The position numbers and the translations under genes were made by a program. DNA of 64,000 nucleotides from Savitreella phatthalungensis (Eukaryota), in NCBI GenBank assembly GCA_051599415.1, contig AP039702.1, positions 62,001 through 126,000 of the forward strand, in the 5' to 3' direction. Below, piece by piece: positions 52,800 through 63,465 of the stretch; position 1 is the first letter of the stretch, and each line of letters begins with the position of its first letter. The notes below the pieces were generated by a model. That model did no database searches. It was given only the letters and a program-made list of their open reading frames with translations, and had not been told where the DNA came from.

Positions 52800-55514
52800 A
52801 TGGCAAACATGAAAGGCCTGCAGGCCTTCATCACGGATATCCGCAATGCCAAGGCTCGCGATGTAGAGGAACTGCGCATCAATACAGAGCTCGCGAAAAT
52901 TCGGGCCAAGTTTCTTGAATCTAAGCTGTCAGCCTATGATCGGAAGAAATACGTTGCCAAGCTCTTATACATGTATGTCCTTGGCTGGGATGTGCGTTTC
53001 GGCCACATGGAAGCGATCACACTAGTCTCCCAGAATACGAAATACAGCGAGAAGCAGATCGGCTACCTCGCGATCAGTCTCTTCTTCCATGAGTATCACG
53101 ATCTCCTGCATCTTGTCATCAACAGCATCAGGAACGACCTTCTCGCGCGAGATCCCAGGCTTGTGTGCCTTGCTCTGCATTGCATCGCAAATGTAGGGGG
53201 TCATTCAGTCGGCGAGGCATTGTCTGCGGATGTGCAACGCCTCCTGGTCGCGCCTGATACGGATAACAATGTGAGGAAGAAGTCAGCACTGACGCTTCTC
53301 CGGCTGTATCGCAGGCAGCCTAATGTCCTTCAGTCTCTATCGATCGAGAAAATAGTGGCCTTGCTAGACGATCAATGCGTCGGCGTATCCATCTCAATAG
53401 CAGCACTTCTTGAAGCCATCGTTTTGGTGCAACCAGACTTCAAGTCGCTAGTTGGAAGTCGAGCTGCGTTGCGCTGGTATCGGGTCGTGCAGCGCGTTGG
53501 ACTCGATCAAGACGATTTTTATTACTCTATTCCCGCGCCCTGGTTGCAGATCAAATTATTGAGGTTGTTGAAGATGACTGTTGTCGCTCACGATCAAGCG
53601 ACATCTCAGATGCTTGAGAAAACTACGGCGACGAGTATGGAGATGCTTAGCAGCACGGATGGGTCGGCCTCAAATGTCCAACAATCAAATATTCGGAATG
53701 CGGTATTATTTGAAATGCTCGAGACTGCCGCTGAGCTTAATCTCGGGACTTCACCGCGCGCCGTCCAAATCCTTGAGAAGCTCCTCAGCTCGCGAGAGAC
53801 CAATTTGCGCTACCTCGCCATCAGCTCGATGTGGCGGATTGCTGCTCACCCTGAACTTCGACAATTGCTTAAGCTCAGTACCACCGTTGTCATGTCTACA
53901 ATGCGCGACCGCGACGTCTCTGTCCGCCGCCAAGCTATAGATCTGCTATACATGCTGTGTGACCAAGAGAACGCGAAATCGGTGATATCGGACCTGCTGC
54001 GCTATCTTCGCACGTCGGATCACTCGCTTCGAGAAGAGGTGGTTCTCAAAATTGCCGTGCTGGTGGAAAGATTCACGCAAGACTACGAGTGGTATATCGA
54101 TGTGTCTCTGCAGCTTCTCTCCCGAGCAGCGGATGCTGCGCCTGAACAGGTGTGGCAACGCGTCATCCAGGTTGTGACGAACAACGACGGATTGCAGGAG
54201 CATGCTGCGAGAGCGGTGATCAAAGCGCTAGAGCGAGAGTGCAGTGAAAATCTAGTCAAGGTCGCTGCTTATATTCTAGGAGAATTTGGTCATTTCATCG
54301 CAGACGGCAGTCCGGATACGAACCCGCAGAAGCAGCTGGCTCTCCTGCAGAGCAAGGTGAACAGCGTTTCGCATGCGACCAGGTGTATGCTCCTCAATGC
54401 GTACTTCAAGTTCTACAACCTATTCCCGGAAGTTCGTGAAGACATCATGCAGATATTCAGAAAGCTTTCTGCTAGCACAAACTGCGAGATACAGCAGCGC
54501 GCACTAGAATACATGGTGCTTGCGGAAGCAGCGAACGACACGGTTATGCAAGCAGTTTGCGAAGAGATGCCTCCGTACTCTCAAAAATCCTCGGCGCTGC
54601 TGGAAGGATTCTTGTGGCCAAATCGTCCTCAAGCTGACAGAGTTGTTACACAGGGACGTGAAACGACTGTTTATCCACCCTTAGCGGCGAAACACAGAGC
54701 TGCTGGCTCTAATGATGGCCTTGATCTAGATGCCCAGCTCGCGACTGGTTGGGAGAAAGGCTACAAGAGGCTGCTTCTGCGGAGTAAAGGTGTCCTTTAC
54801 AGGGATGCCGTCTTGCAGATCAATGCCATGCTGGAAATAGAGCAACGGAGAGTGTCAGTATATCTGAACAATCTAACGAGCTCATCACTGGAAAGTCTGA
54901 AGGTTGACATTTTACCTACCGGGAGCACGCTTCGAGTTGCGACTGAAGAATATCCCCAAAGCACCATCGCTAGCAGAAGCACGGCTACTGTCGTGGCCTC
55001 TCTAGCTCTATACGGCCCTGTCACGACTCCACCTTATCTCAATGTGTCGTATCTGGCAGGCTCGCTGCAAAATGTTGTGCTCAAGCTACCCATCTTGACC
55101 TCTAAGTTTCTCCGGCCCGCAACCGACATCACCGACAACAATTCCTTCTTCTACGCATGGAACAAGCTCGCTAGCGATCCGACAAAGCAAATACAGCAAA
55201 TTCATGCGGTCAGGCAGGGCGGCCGGCTGAGCCAACCCGAAGTACTGGCGACCCTGGTGGCAAATCTTGGCTGGACTCGTCTGGATGCGGTAGATCCAAA
55301 TAGAGACAACGTCGTTGCAGCTTCCGTGCTCGAAACTGTCTTGCGTCCGGGGCAAAGCTCGCTCGCCCTGGCACTCCTGCGGGTCGAGCCCAATTTTTCG
55401 ACGGATCAGATCCGCCTGACTATTCGATGCGATGATCCCACGATCGCGGCAAGCCTCATGCGTGAACTAGCAACAAGTCCATTACTTGACGCATCTCCGT
55501 CGTCCGGCGCGTGA
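52800..55514 (+). CDS. APL3: AP-2 adaptor complex alpha subunit
   Basis: MKGLQAFITDIRNAKAR..EELRIN.EL.KIR.KF, KYSEKQIGYL, PAPWLQIKLLRLL, DRDVSVRRQAIDLLY, EIQQRALEY, plus an appendage domain (VDPNRDNVV). Confidence 0.94.
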   Translation: MANMKGLQAFITDIRNAKARDVEELRINTELAKIRAKFLESKLSAYDRKKYVAKLLYMYVLGWDVRFGHMEAITLVSQNTKYSEKQIGYLAISLFFHEYHDLLHLVINSIRNDLLARDPRLVCLALHCIANVGGHSVGEALSADVQRLLVAPDTDNNVRKKSALTLLRLYRRQPNVLQSLSIEKIVALLDDQCVGVSISIAALLEAIVLVQPDFKSLVGSRAALRWYRVVQRVGLDQDDFYYSIPAPWLQIKLLRLLKMTVVAHDQATSQMLEKTTATSMEMLSSTDGSASNVQQSNIRNAVLFEMLETAAELNLGTSPRAVQILEKLLSSRETNLRYLAISSMWRIAAHPELRQLLKLSTTVVMSTMRDRDVSVRRQAIDLLYMLCDQENAKSVISDLLRYLRTSDHSLREEVVLKIAVLVERFTQDYEWYIDVSLQLLSRAADAAPEQVWQRVIQVVTNNDGLQEHAARAVIKALERECSENLVKVAAYILGEFGHFIADGSPDTNPQKQLALLQSKVNSVSHATRCMLLNAYFKFYNLFPEVREDIMQIFRKLSASTNCEIQQRALEYMVLAEAANDTVMQAVCEEMPPYSQKSSALLEGFLWPNRPQADRVVTQGRETTVYPPLAAKHRAAGSNDGLDLDAQLATGWEKGYKRLLLRSKGVLYRDAVLQINAMLEIEQRRVSVYLNNLTSSSLESLKVDILPTGSTLRVATEEYPQSTIASRSTATVVASLALYGPVTTPPYLNVSYLAGSLQNVVLKLPILTSKFLRPATDITDNNSFFYAWNKLASDPTKQIQQIHAVRQGGRLSQPEVLATLVANLGWTRLDAVDPNRDNVVAASVLETVLRPGQSSLALALLRVEPNFSTDQIRLTIRCDDPTIAASLMRELATSPLLDASPSSGA

Positions 55515-55711
55515 GATCGTGCGCAGCACGGGTCATGCGAGCTGGCAGACGCACTAATTTAACAAATACTCATGCACCTTGCATCTAATTGAGACGAACG
55601 CCAAAGCAAGACACGAACGACCGCCATACACGTCTGATTCAGAAACGCCGAAGTGCGATAGTGGTCAAAAGGAAATTCCAAGCTGTAGATCACGAATGAG
55701 AATATCTATGA

Positions 55712-58700
55712 TCATGCTGCAACATTTTCGAAAAAGAACTCTGGCTGTCCAGGAGCCGCATTCTCGACCATGGGAGGCGCACTATCAAGTGCAGTATTGA
55801 AGGACGGCTGCCCATGGACAACATCCAGCGCGATTCTTTCGACATCGTTGCTTCGGACGACCTTGACGAGGCAGACCTGTTGCAAATTGTTGAGGGATGA
55901 TTGGATGTGCGGAAGTAAGAGCTTCAGGAGTTGCTCTTCGTCAAAAAGCTGTGCACGATCGAACACCTCAGACGCTTCCACTCCTGGTGGTCGAGCAAGG
56001 ACGCTGACCTTGAGCTTCTGTATGAAAGGCATCGCATCTTTCCGCTTCGGTAGATCTTTGATGCCAGCAACAATCTTTTTATCGTCAAACGCGTTGCGCG
56101 AAGAGTCGAAAGAAATGCGAGCGAGCTCGACAAGCGGCGTCTGCCATGCCGGGAACTGTGAGGAGAAGAAAATAGTGAGACTCTTTGGCTTCTTTGGGTC
56201 GTAAGCCTGCGCCTTACCCTTCGACTTCTTCTTGAGCTGAAGGCCTTCCGAAGAGTTAATGCGGCTAGCAAGCGAACGTATATACGCCAGGCCAGACTCG
56301 AGCTGCTTGTCGTTGTCACGCGAAGGCTTCGGGAAGAGCGCAGTCTGCACGGATCCAGCGCGGTGCAGGACATCAGACCAAATATATTCCGCAAAATGAG
56401 GAGCAAATGGAGCAATGAGGAGTGCTTGCCACTCGATCCACCGCAGAATGAGGTCGCGATGCATTGTCGTTATGTCCCTGTACCAATCACGCGCGATCTG
56501 AAAGTCGAAGAAGCCGACCTTGATTGCGGCTCGGTATGAGGCACCTTCATATGCGGCATAAGCCTGTCGCACGATGCCATTCATCTCATTCTCAAAGCAG
56601 GAATCGTAATAGTTGAACTCACCCGTTCGCAGGGACTGCTTATCGGCGACTACTGAGTCAGACCACTCCTTCAGGGTGAAGAGGCGTAGAATCATAGCGT
56701 TCGCAGTCTCCTCGGCAAAATTCGCATCGTCAAGCGAGTCCCCGGCGTCGGCAAGGGTCAGACGTGTGGCGTCCGCTCCAAACTTGGACACGGCCTCCTT
56801 GAGTGTCAGGAAATTACCCGTCGACTTGGACATCTTCTCGTTGTTTAGAAGTAGGAGACCGTTTGCACGCACACCTTGCGGCCAATTCTCCTCACCAAAG
56901 ACAGCTGTGTGGGTATATAGCCAGAACGTCAGGTGATTTGTTATCAAATCCTTTCCAGAGACACGGACATCGAGCGGATAGAAGTACTCAAACTCATAGC
57001 GCATCTTGTCAAGCGTCTCGATCGGAATCGTAGTATTTGCAGGCTTTTTACCCTTTGCAAGGACGTATTCCCAGATGTCATCAGTCATCTGTTCGGGACG
57101 GATGTTGCCAAGTCCAACGGTGGAGCCGTCAATACTAGAATGGAGCCAGTGTGCGATTGTGTAATAAGACATGTAGATGGTGGAGTCAGAAAGCGATTCG
57201 ACCAGGTATTGCGGATCCCACGGTAGACGCGTGCCGAGCCCGTAAGTACGTGAGCAGGCCCATTGATTGAGCCAATTCAGACACTGCTCAAAAGCGTTGC
57301 GAGATTCCTCTCCGAAGGTGTTCATTCTCGATAGACACTCTTCCGTCTTCGCTTTCCATGCTGGCTCTCCGTAGTCGATATACCACTGATCGCACAAAGC
57401 GATGACGCACTCCTCGCCCGAGCGAGACATGATCACATCTTCCGGCTCGTTGTAGATGAACGCCGAGCCTTCGGTGATGAGATCCTGACGAACGAGCGGT
57501 TTCGCCTTCTCGACTTTCTCGCCTTTATATTTCCCAAGAAGCATCGTACCTGCGTAGAAGCCCTCTTTGTAGGCCATCTCCTTGGCTTTGGCAAGTGCGT
57601 CGGCGTCCTTGGGAGACTGGATCTTGAGCATCTCGCAGATTTTCGGAGCAGTCAAGTCGCCAAAAGTTGGGGTAGAGATGATAGGCACGGCCTTGTTCGA
57701 TGCCCAAGAAGCATCGATGCCGTAGAATGCTGCCTTCTTCGCCAGGTCCTGGGTCGTCATGAAGTCGTCTGGTGAATCAGATGGCACGGAGGTGACCACT
57801 CCTGTGCCCTTCGTGGCGACGACGCTGTCCATTGGCAGAATCCGTACTTGTCCATAAACAGACAAGGGTGCATTCACAATGGTACCAACAAGAGCGCGTC
57901 CGGGGATTTCAGCGAGCTGAATTACTTCGCCACGTGACTCGAAGATGCCCTGGTAAGCCATGTTGCGAGCGGATTTCGGCGTGCATATAAAGACCTCACC
58001 GTCCTTCGCCTGGAACAGGCCGTAGTTGACCTTGGGTCCGACGAAACAGTTTGTTTGACCGTACATGGTCTCCGGGCGGAGGGTCGCTGCTATGAAGAAG
58101 ACCTTGCGATCTGCTGGTAGTGCAAGTTTGTCGATGATGGCTTGTGCGTCATCCGAGAAGGTCACGGCCTCGAGTTTAATACCGGTGTAGTCAGTTGGAC
58201 CTTTACCCTCGCCCGAAGCACGATCGTGGTCCATACATGGTTGATTATCCTTCGGAGAAAAGACGGTGTAACGCTCGCCGAACTTAATTTTCTGCATGTC
58301 GTGGAGCTTGTTCATTGACCAGCGAACGAAGGCGTCATAGTACGGATTTGCATCAGTGGTAATCATCGATCTGCGCCAGTCGACGCGTGCGCCGAGAGAC
58401 GAGCAGTCCTCCTGGCAGAGCGGTGGGAAGTACTTGAGCCAGTGCATTTCGTCTGCAAACTTCACAATTTCGCTGTCAGGGATGTTCAGGAGCCGCATGA
58501 TCTGGAATTGATATTGTAGGCCCGCAGACTTCGCCTTCACTTTTGATTTGCCACTCTTGAACTTCGTTGGATCGTGCTCGCCAGTCTGCTGAGCAACTTC
58601 TGCCGGTTGTGCAGAATCACTTGCTTCAGCAGCCAGATCTGCAGGGACTGTAAAAGTCTCCCCGAACATCTCAATCTCGCGCTTCAGCTTGTCCGCACAT

Positions 58701-59047
58701 GCTTTAATTGGCATGCCCGTGCAATGGAACCCGAGTGGGAAGAGAGCTCGCTTGCCCTGCATGCGAGCAAAGCCTGTAGCGAATTCGACCTTGCTGAGGG
58801 TGAAGGCGTGCCCTAGATGCAGAGACCCATTCATATACGGATATGCCATGGTGCCAAAGAATTTGTCGTCCCGGCGGCGGGCCTCTGCGCCCGAGACGCC
58901 TGGCTGGTATGCTGGCGGATCGACCTCGAAGACGCGCTCATCACGCCAACGCTTCTGACAACGTCGTTCCACTTCAGTCAGGGCGTCTCGTTTTGAGGTG
59001 TTCTGAATGACGAGCTTGCCAACATCGCCGGCTAGCTTTTCTGCCAT
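55712..59047 (-). CDS. CDC60: Cytosolic leucyl-tRNA synthetase
   Basis: YPYMNGSLHLGH (HIGH motif), editing domain ATLRPETMYGQTN and GTGVVTSVPSDSPDD, and KMSKSTGNF. First ATG is 59047. Confidence 0.97.
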   Translation of the reverse strand: MAEKLAGDVGKLVIQNTSKRDALTEVERRCQKRWRDERVFEVDPPAYQPGVSGAEARRRDDKFFGTMAYPYMNGSLHLGHAFTLSKVEFATGFARMQGKRALFPLGFHCTGMPIKACADKLKREIEMFGETFTVPADLAAEASDSAQPAEVAQQTGEHDPTKFKSGKSKVKAKSAGLQYQFQIMRLLNIPDSEIVKFADEMHWLKYFPPLCQEDCSSLGARVDWRRSMITTDANPYYDAFVRWSMNKLHDMQKIKFGERYTVFSPKDNQPCMDHDRASGEGKGPTDYTGIKLEAVTFSDDAQAIIDKLALPADRKVFFIAATLRPETMYGQTNCFVGPKVNYGLFQAKDGEVFICTPKSARNMAYQGIFESRGEVIQLAEIPGRALVGTIVNAPLSVYGQVRILPMDSVVATKGTGVVTSVPSDSPDDFMTTQDLAKKAAFYGIDASWASNKAVPIISTPTFGDLTAPKICEMLKIQSPKDADALAKAKEMAYKEGFYAGTMLLGKYKGEKVEKAKPLVRQDLITEGSAFIYNEPEDVIMSRSGEECVIALCDQWYIDYGEPAWKAKTEECLSRMNTFGEESRNAFEQCLNWLNQWACSRTYGLGTRLPWDPQYLVESLSDSTIYMSYYTIAHWLHSSIDGSTVGLGNIRPEQMTDDIWEYVLAKGKKPANTTIPIETLDKMRYEFEYFYPLDVRVSGKDLITNHLTFWLYTHTAVFGEENWPQGVRANGLLLLNNEKMSKSTGNFLTLKEAVSKFGADATRLTLADAGDSLDDANFAEETANAMILRLFTLKEWSDSVVADKQSLRTGEFNYYDSCFENEMNGIVRQAYAAYEGASYRAAIKVGFFDFQIARDWYRDITTMHRDLILRWIEWQALLIAPFAPHFAEYIWSDVLHRAGSVQTALFPKPSRDNDKQLESGLAYIRSLASRINSSEGLQLKKKSKGKAQAYDPKKPKSLTIFFSSQFPAWQTPLVELARISFDSSRNAFDDKKIVAGIKDLPKRKDAMPFIQKLKVSVLARPPGVEASEVFDRAQLFDEEQLLKLLLPHIQSSLNNLQQVCLVKVVRSNDVERIALDVVHGQPSFNTALDSAPPMVENAAPGQPEFFFENVAA

Positions 59048-59926
59048 GTTGATCAAGCGGCGAGGTGTTGGCTTCAGCTTGTATGCTTCAAATTCTCCTT
59101 TCTATCAGTGTCCAGTGAAGCTCCGCTCGTCTGAGACGGACAAGGTAAGGAGATGGTGATCGACCGGGGAAGAGGAGACCAGAGGCTATAATGTCGTTGA
59201 CTGTGTGACTTTTATGCATTCACAATTCAGGCGCCTCGCATGCACCGTACAGTTGCATGATTGACTGTCCTGGAGGAGTTTCCGAGGTTGCTGCGTATGG
59301 AGAGCATAAATTTTCACCTGGAGCGATACGGATCAAAGTGGATAAACACTTGCAGAATTGTAAAAAAGAAAGGGCAAAATTGATTGCCCGCCAAGCACGG
59401 CCAAATGTAAGGTGTGAGCACGCGGCGATTGATATAAAATATGTATTGGTAAAATGAAAATTGTATCAGATAGCTCATGATCATTGCATACAACTAAATT
59501 ACGATGTCCATTGCCATCGAGCCAGATCAGACAGCTCGCTTCACGCAGTCTATGATTTATACCTCTACGGTCAGGGCAACCGCAATTTCAAAATTATAAA
59601 GAAGTGTGATTTTATATCCGGTCCTTCTGTTGTAGGGTTTAACTTAATTAGGCTGTCACACTGATTTAATCTGGATTATACCTTATTTACCCTTTATCAC
59701 GCAAGGTGCTGCTGTGCGTGGATGTGGAAGCAATTGCACGGACCGTCCATGCAGTTCCTGACCGGGGCTCTGAACACACCTTGAGTTAACAGCCTTTGAA
59801 ACCATAGGTCACATTCGTCACACTCGCATCACGATTCACTCAGATGAACGCGAGCATACAAGGTATTGAGATGTCTGACTTGAGTACCCAATCTCTTGCT
59901 CACACTATCGTATTCGTGATATATAT

Positions 59927-60182
59927 GACATAGGGCTCGGCCAGTCACAGGACAGCTGAGACAATCGCATTCCGCCTTACACAGCCTACAGCAAGAAGAA
60001 AAGAGAGCCGATGAAGAAGCACAATATTTCACAGACCTGAAAAGACAAGTCCTTGCTTCCCCGGAAGTATAGAGATTGATGGTTATGAGCATATTAGCCT
60101 CACTGATGGTACCTCTGTCAGTCTGTACTGGGGCGAATCCCGTCTATCTCGACTAGTCTCTGTGCTGGCCGAGCCTCTTGTC
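59927..60182. mobile_element. MITE-like inverted-repeat element (~255 bp)
   Basis: GGCTCGGCCAG (59934-59944) and CTGGCCGAGCC (60165-60175) are perfect inverted repeats, with patchy inverted similarity extending ~50 bp inward. No TSD recognised. Confidence 0.5.
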
Positions 60183-60600
60183 CATTGCTCAAACACGACC
60201 TTTGTGCACCTCGACATATCCCGATGATGTGCTCAGCGGCTGCGAAAGACCTTTGCTCAGTATTCCGTCCCGCCGAGATCCATCAAACTCTCACTTCTGC
60301 CTACCTGACTGCGTCCATTTCTCTGTAGTTGAGGATGGACTATGCTCTGCTGTAGTTCTGGTTGAGAGAAGAGTCAATGTCACCCTTTCATAAGGATTCT
60401 CACCTTACTGATTTACTTTGGAGAATCCGGAGAAGGGGCGACGCATGGAAGATCTACATGGTGCTAGATCGATGCTACAAGCTTTCCTTCTGGGTCCAGA
60501 AGGTCTGCCGTCGATCTTTCATCGGGTCTCTGTGCGACAATACCACGGCATGCGGCACCCGATATCAATGGGGCTGCGTATAAATGACATATCATCTGTC

Positions 60601-61809
60601 TTATCTTGTCATGTTCGTCGTTCTCTTGCTCGTCGTCATCGATTTCGTTGTCACTGTCTTTCGCGGAGCCACTTGTGAATTCTCATGAGGATCGTTCGAT
60701 CGATGACGCCAATCTGTGCGATCCGGACCGGGTTTTGTGGCTCCAACGGCAGACACTGAACCTGGCGACGGGGCCAACACGCCGGTTCGAACAGCATGAA
60801 GCTCCTCGCGAGGGCGTTGCTCATCGAGCACGAAGCGACATGTTCCACGATTGCCATAATCGGTCAGTTGCTGGTAGACGGCGCTAGGTTCCGGCAGAGC
60901 AGGAGCTGATGCACGTCCACCAGCACCATTTGCCAAACGATTCGATTCCGCATCGCCGTCAGCCATTTTTCTGTGCAGCCTAGCTTTCAGTTCCAGCAGT
61001 CGGTCTTGTCCGAAATCAAGACCGACTAGCGAGTTGCCCGGATAATTGAGATACAGATCGTAAATGTCGAGCATGGCTCGGTGTATTAGCTTCTCTGTGG
61101 TGCCAAGACGCTCGACAAGGTCAGAGGAAGTCATCTGGATCAGAGACGAATCAGGATCCAATAAACTAGCCGCGCATTCCAGCGCTGCAACGGCAAGAGT
61201 GCAAGTTGTGACCTTCAGCGGAAGCCAGGTCCGATGGCAATCAGAGCAAACGTCCCAAGCCCTTCTTGCCACAAGCCGGGGAATCCTGAACTGCTTGGCG
61301 AGCTTCACCATATGTGTAAAAGTGTCTGGCTTTCGAAAGTCGAATGACTGGTTCTCCAGCATGATACGTTCGAGGCTGAGAACGCGCTGGCGCTGTTCTT
61401 CTAGCTGTGCTAAATCCTGCTTACTCGCCATAGGACGGCCGTGTCGTGCATGAAAAATGGCAGCGATCACCTCTTTCGACTTCTTTGGTGTGTCTTCAAG
61501 CTTACAAGCGAAGAACAACGCCGCACTCGTTAGATCGTCTGGTCGATAGTCGGCAGTCGTTGGATCCAGCAGGTCGAACCGAGCCCACACAGTCATAGCC
61601 GCGACGATTGTGCGGCTTGGGAATTGTAGTAACCTGCCGGCCACCGCGAGGACGTCTCCAGCTGCCAGTCTGGCCGTTGTACGAGAGCCACGGCGATGAA
61701 TAGCAGCTTTTGCAGCGAGGGCGTCTACCTGATCCTGACCGAGGAATGGCTGAGAAAGTCGGACAACTACGCCGGGCGGCGCATCTGACAAAGCGGGCGG
61801 TCCCTGCAT
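60601..61809 (-). CDS. Transcriptional cyclin (Ctk2/Lsc1/cyclin K-like)
   Basis: Cyclin box GRLLQFPSRTIVAAM..WARF...AALFFACKLEDTPKKSKEVI...LERIMLENQSFDFR and the GTCRFVLD motif. First ATG is 61809. Confidence 0.82.
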   Translation of the reverse strand: MQGPPALSDAPPGVVVRLSQPFLGQDQVDALAAKAAIHRRGSRTTARLAAGDVLAVAGRLLQFPSRTIVAAMTVWARFDLLDPTTADYRPDDLTSAALFFACKLEDTPKKSKEVIAAIFHARHGRPMASKQDLAQLEEQRQRVLSLERIMLENQSFDFRKPDTFTHMVKLAKQFRIPRLVARRAWDVCSDCHRTWLPLKVTTCTLAVAALECAASLLDPDSSLIQMTSSDLVERLGTTEKLIHRAMLDIYDLYLNYPGNSLVGLDFGQDRLLELKARLHRKMADGDAESNRLANGAGGRASAPALPEPSAVYQQLTDYGNRGTCRFVLDEQRPREELHAVRTGVLAPSPGSVSAVGATKPGPDRTDWRHRSNDPHENSQVAPRKTVTTKSMTTSKRTTNMTR

Positions 61810-62237
61810 CTCGAATTCCAAGTTGACTACAACCGGGGGACTTTTACCATCATGCGTTCATCAAGCTAAGACGCGTGCTGGCATACACAACATGAGCTTG
61901 CACCTGCCCTTTGTCCTAAGAACCACAAAGAGTTAACCCAATTGCGTTGTGCTCGGTGCACGAGCCAATTCCATCATGAAGCTCAATCTTCGCACAAGAA
62001 TACACACAGTACGATGACCGGGCTTCAAGCTCAATTGTAAAAATTCCAGAATAGCGTAGCATACTCATGCAGAAAGAAGTATGCACGCATTGACTGGATC
62101 AAGCATACGTCGTTTCTGTACACCCTGGGTAATCGATAATCCTGACAGTCGCTGCGCGACACAGGAACCCCGACGACGGGATCAAGACAGATCGAGCTTC
62201 AAGTCCGCTAATAGGAGCCATTCATCGCTGAACAGTT

Positions 62238-63194
62238 ATGGCAGATGCAGCTGAGGCTCCTGCAGTCCCCCAACACCAGCAACAGCAGGTCGATTTACGC
62301 AGCGAGCCTTATAAGCAACAAGCCATTGCAGTTGGGCAGTTCCTACGACACCTGGCGGCCTTGAAGAACAAATCCGGAGTGCTTGATGGTAAGCGTGCGG
62401 AGTATTTCAAGGGCAAGCACGCCCTGAGAGCGCTTCAGTCCGAGGCTTATGCGAAAGCCCAACGCAAGAATCCTCAGAATTTGCCGAAAGTCGACAGCCT
62501 GCAGTCGGCCGGAGAAGTTATGCGGTTGCTGCCAATTCACTTGCTCGCCCTACGCGTAGACCTGCTCGAGAAGGAGAAGGTAAAAAGACCGGCGACTGGT
62601 TCTAGCGCTCCCGCCAAGTCCTCACGCAAATTGCAGATCAATCGTCAGCAGGAAATCGCTGAGGACCATCACTATGTCTGGCTATTTGAGTACATCCCGC
62701 TGACGACGAAGCTAGCGGGCTTTGGCTTGCTTCTGCTTGTTCTCAGCGTCATCATGTACCCGCTCTGGCCACCGAGAATGCGAGTTGGTGTTTACTATCT
62801 CTCCTGGGGCGCGCTCGGCCTGGTCGGTCTCCTTTTTGTCATCGCAGTCTTCCGACTGATTCTGTTTGTCGTGACCCTGTTTGCAGTGCCGCCAGGCATC
62901 TGGCTGTATCCCAACTTGTTCGAAGACGTTGGCTTCTTCGACAGCTTCAAACCGTTATGGGCATGGCACGAAGACAAGGCCGCCAAGAAGGCTGCTAAGC
63001 AGGCAAAACGTGAGGCAAAGCTGAAGAAACAACAGGCAAAGTCAGACGGAGCGCTAGAAACAGCCAGCCCTGGCGGAGCAGCTTCAGCTACTGCGCTGCC
63101 GAGCACATCAGTGTCACACAACACGGCTGGCGATGCCGCAACCACGACAGCAAGAGCAGCATACATTGAGGATGTCGATGAAGACGATGACTGA
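62238..63194 (+). CDS. SEC62: Translocation protein Sec62
   Basis: GVLDGKRAEYFKGKHALRALQS, YVWLFE, two TM helices around MYPLWPPRMRVGVYYLS, and PPGIWLYPNLFEDVGFFDSFKPLWAW. Confidence 0.95.
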   Translation: MADAAEAPAVPQHQQQQVDLRSEPYKQQAIAVGQFLRHLAALKNKSGVLDGKRAEYFKGKHALRALQSEAYAKAQRKNPQNLPKVDSLQSAGEVMRLLPIHLLALRVDLLEKEKVKRPATGSSAPAKSSRKLQINRQQEIAEDHHYVWLFEYIPLTTKLAGFGLLLLVLSVIMYPLWPPRMRVGVYYLSWGALGLVGLLFVIAVFRLILFVVTLFAVPPGIWLYPNLFEDVGFFDSFKPLWAWHEDKAAKKAAKQAKREAKLKKQQAKSDGALETASPGGAASATALPSTSVSHNTAGDAATTTARAAYIEDVDEDDD

Positions 63195-63465
63195 GGTAGA
63201 AATCGAATGCATTTTTCAACCAGTTCGAAAAGTCTGCAAGAGACGCTTGTGGGCTCAATAAGTAAGCTAGACGCAGATCGGTATCAATCTCTCGCGTCGG
63301 CGGAAGGACAATTGAAGAGTCAAGATTGGCGTCAAAACTAGCCGCTATGGAGTGAACAAGCCAGGGCCATGCCAGTCCTCTTCCGAGTGCTCGCAGCGAT
63401 GGGATCTTCTGCAGTGCGGGGAGTTCGCTCTAAGGGCTCGAGATGGCACGTACTTCTACTAGGCT

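Noticed and set aside
59702..59783. Potential RNA hairpin (CAAGGTG/CACCTTG; TGCGTGGATG/CGTCCATGCA)
   Set aside because: No H/ACA, C/D or Pol III boxes were found, so there is not enough support for an ncRNA call.
7720..63194. Functional gene cluster (secondary metabolism, mating type or defence)
   Set aside because: The genes are functionally unrelated housekeeping loci. No PKS/NRPS, MAT, HET/NLR or viral genes were recognised.
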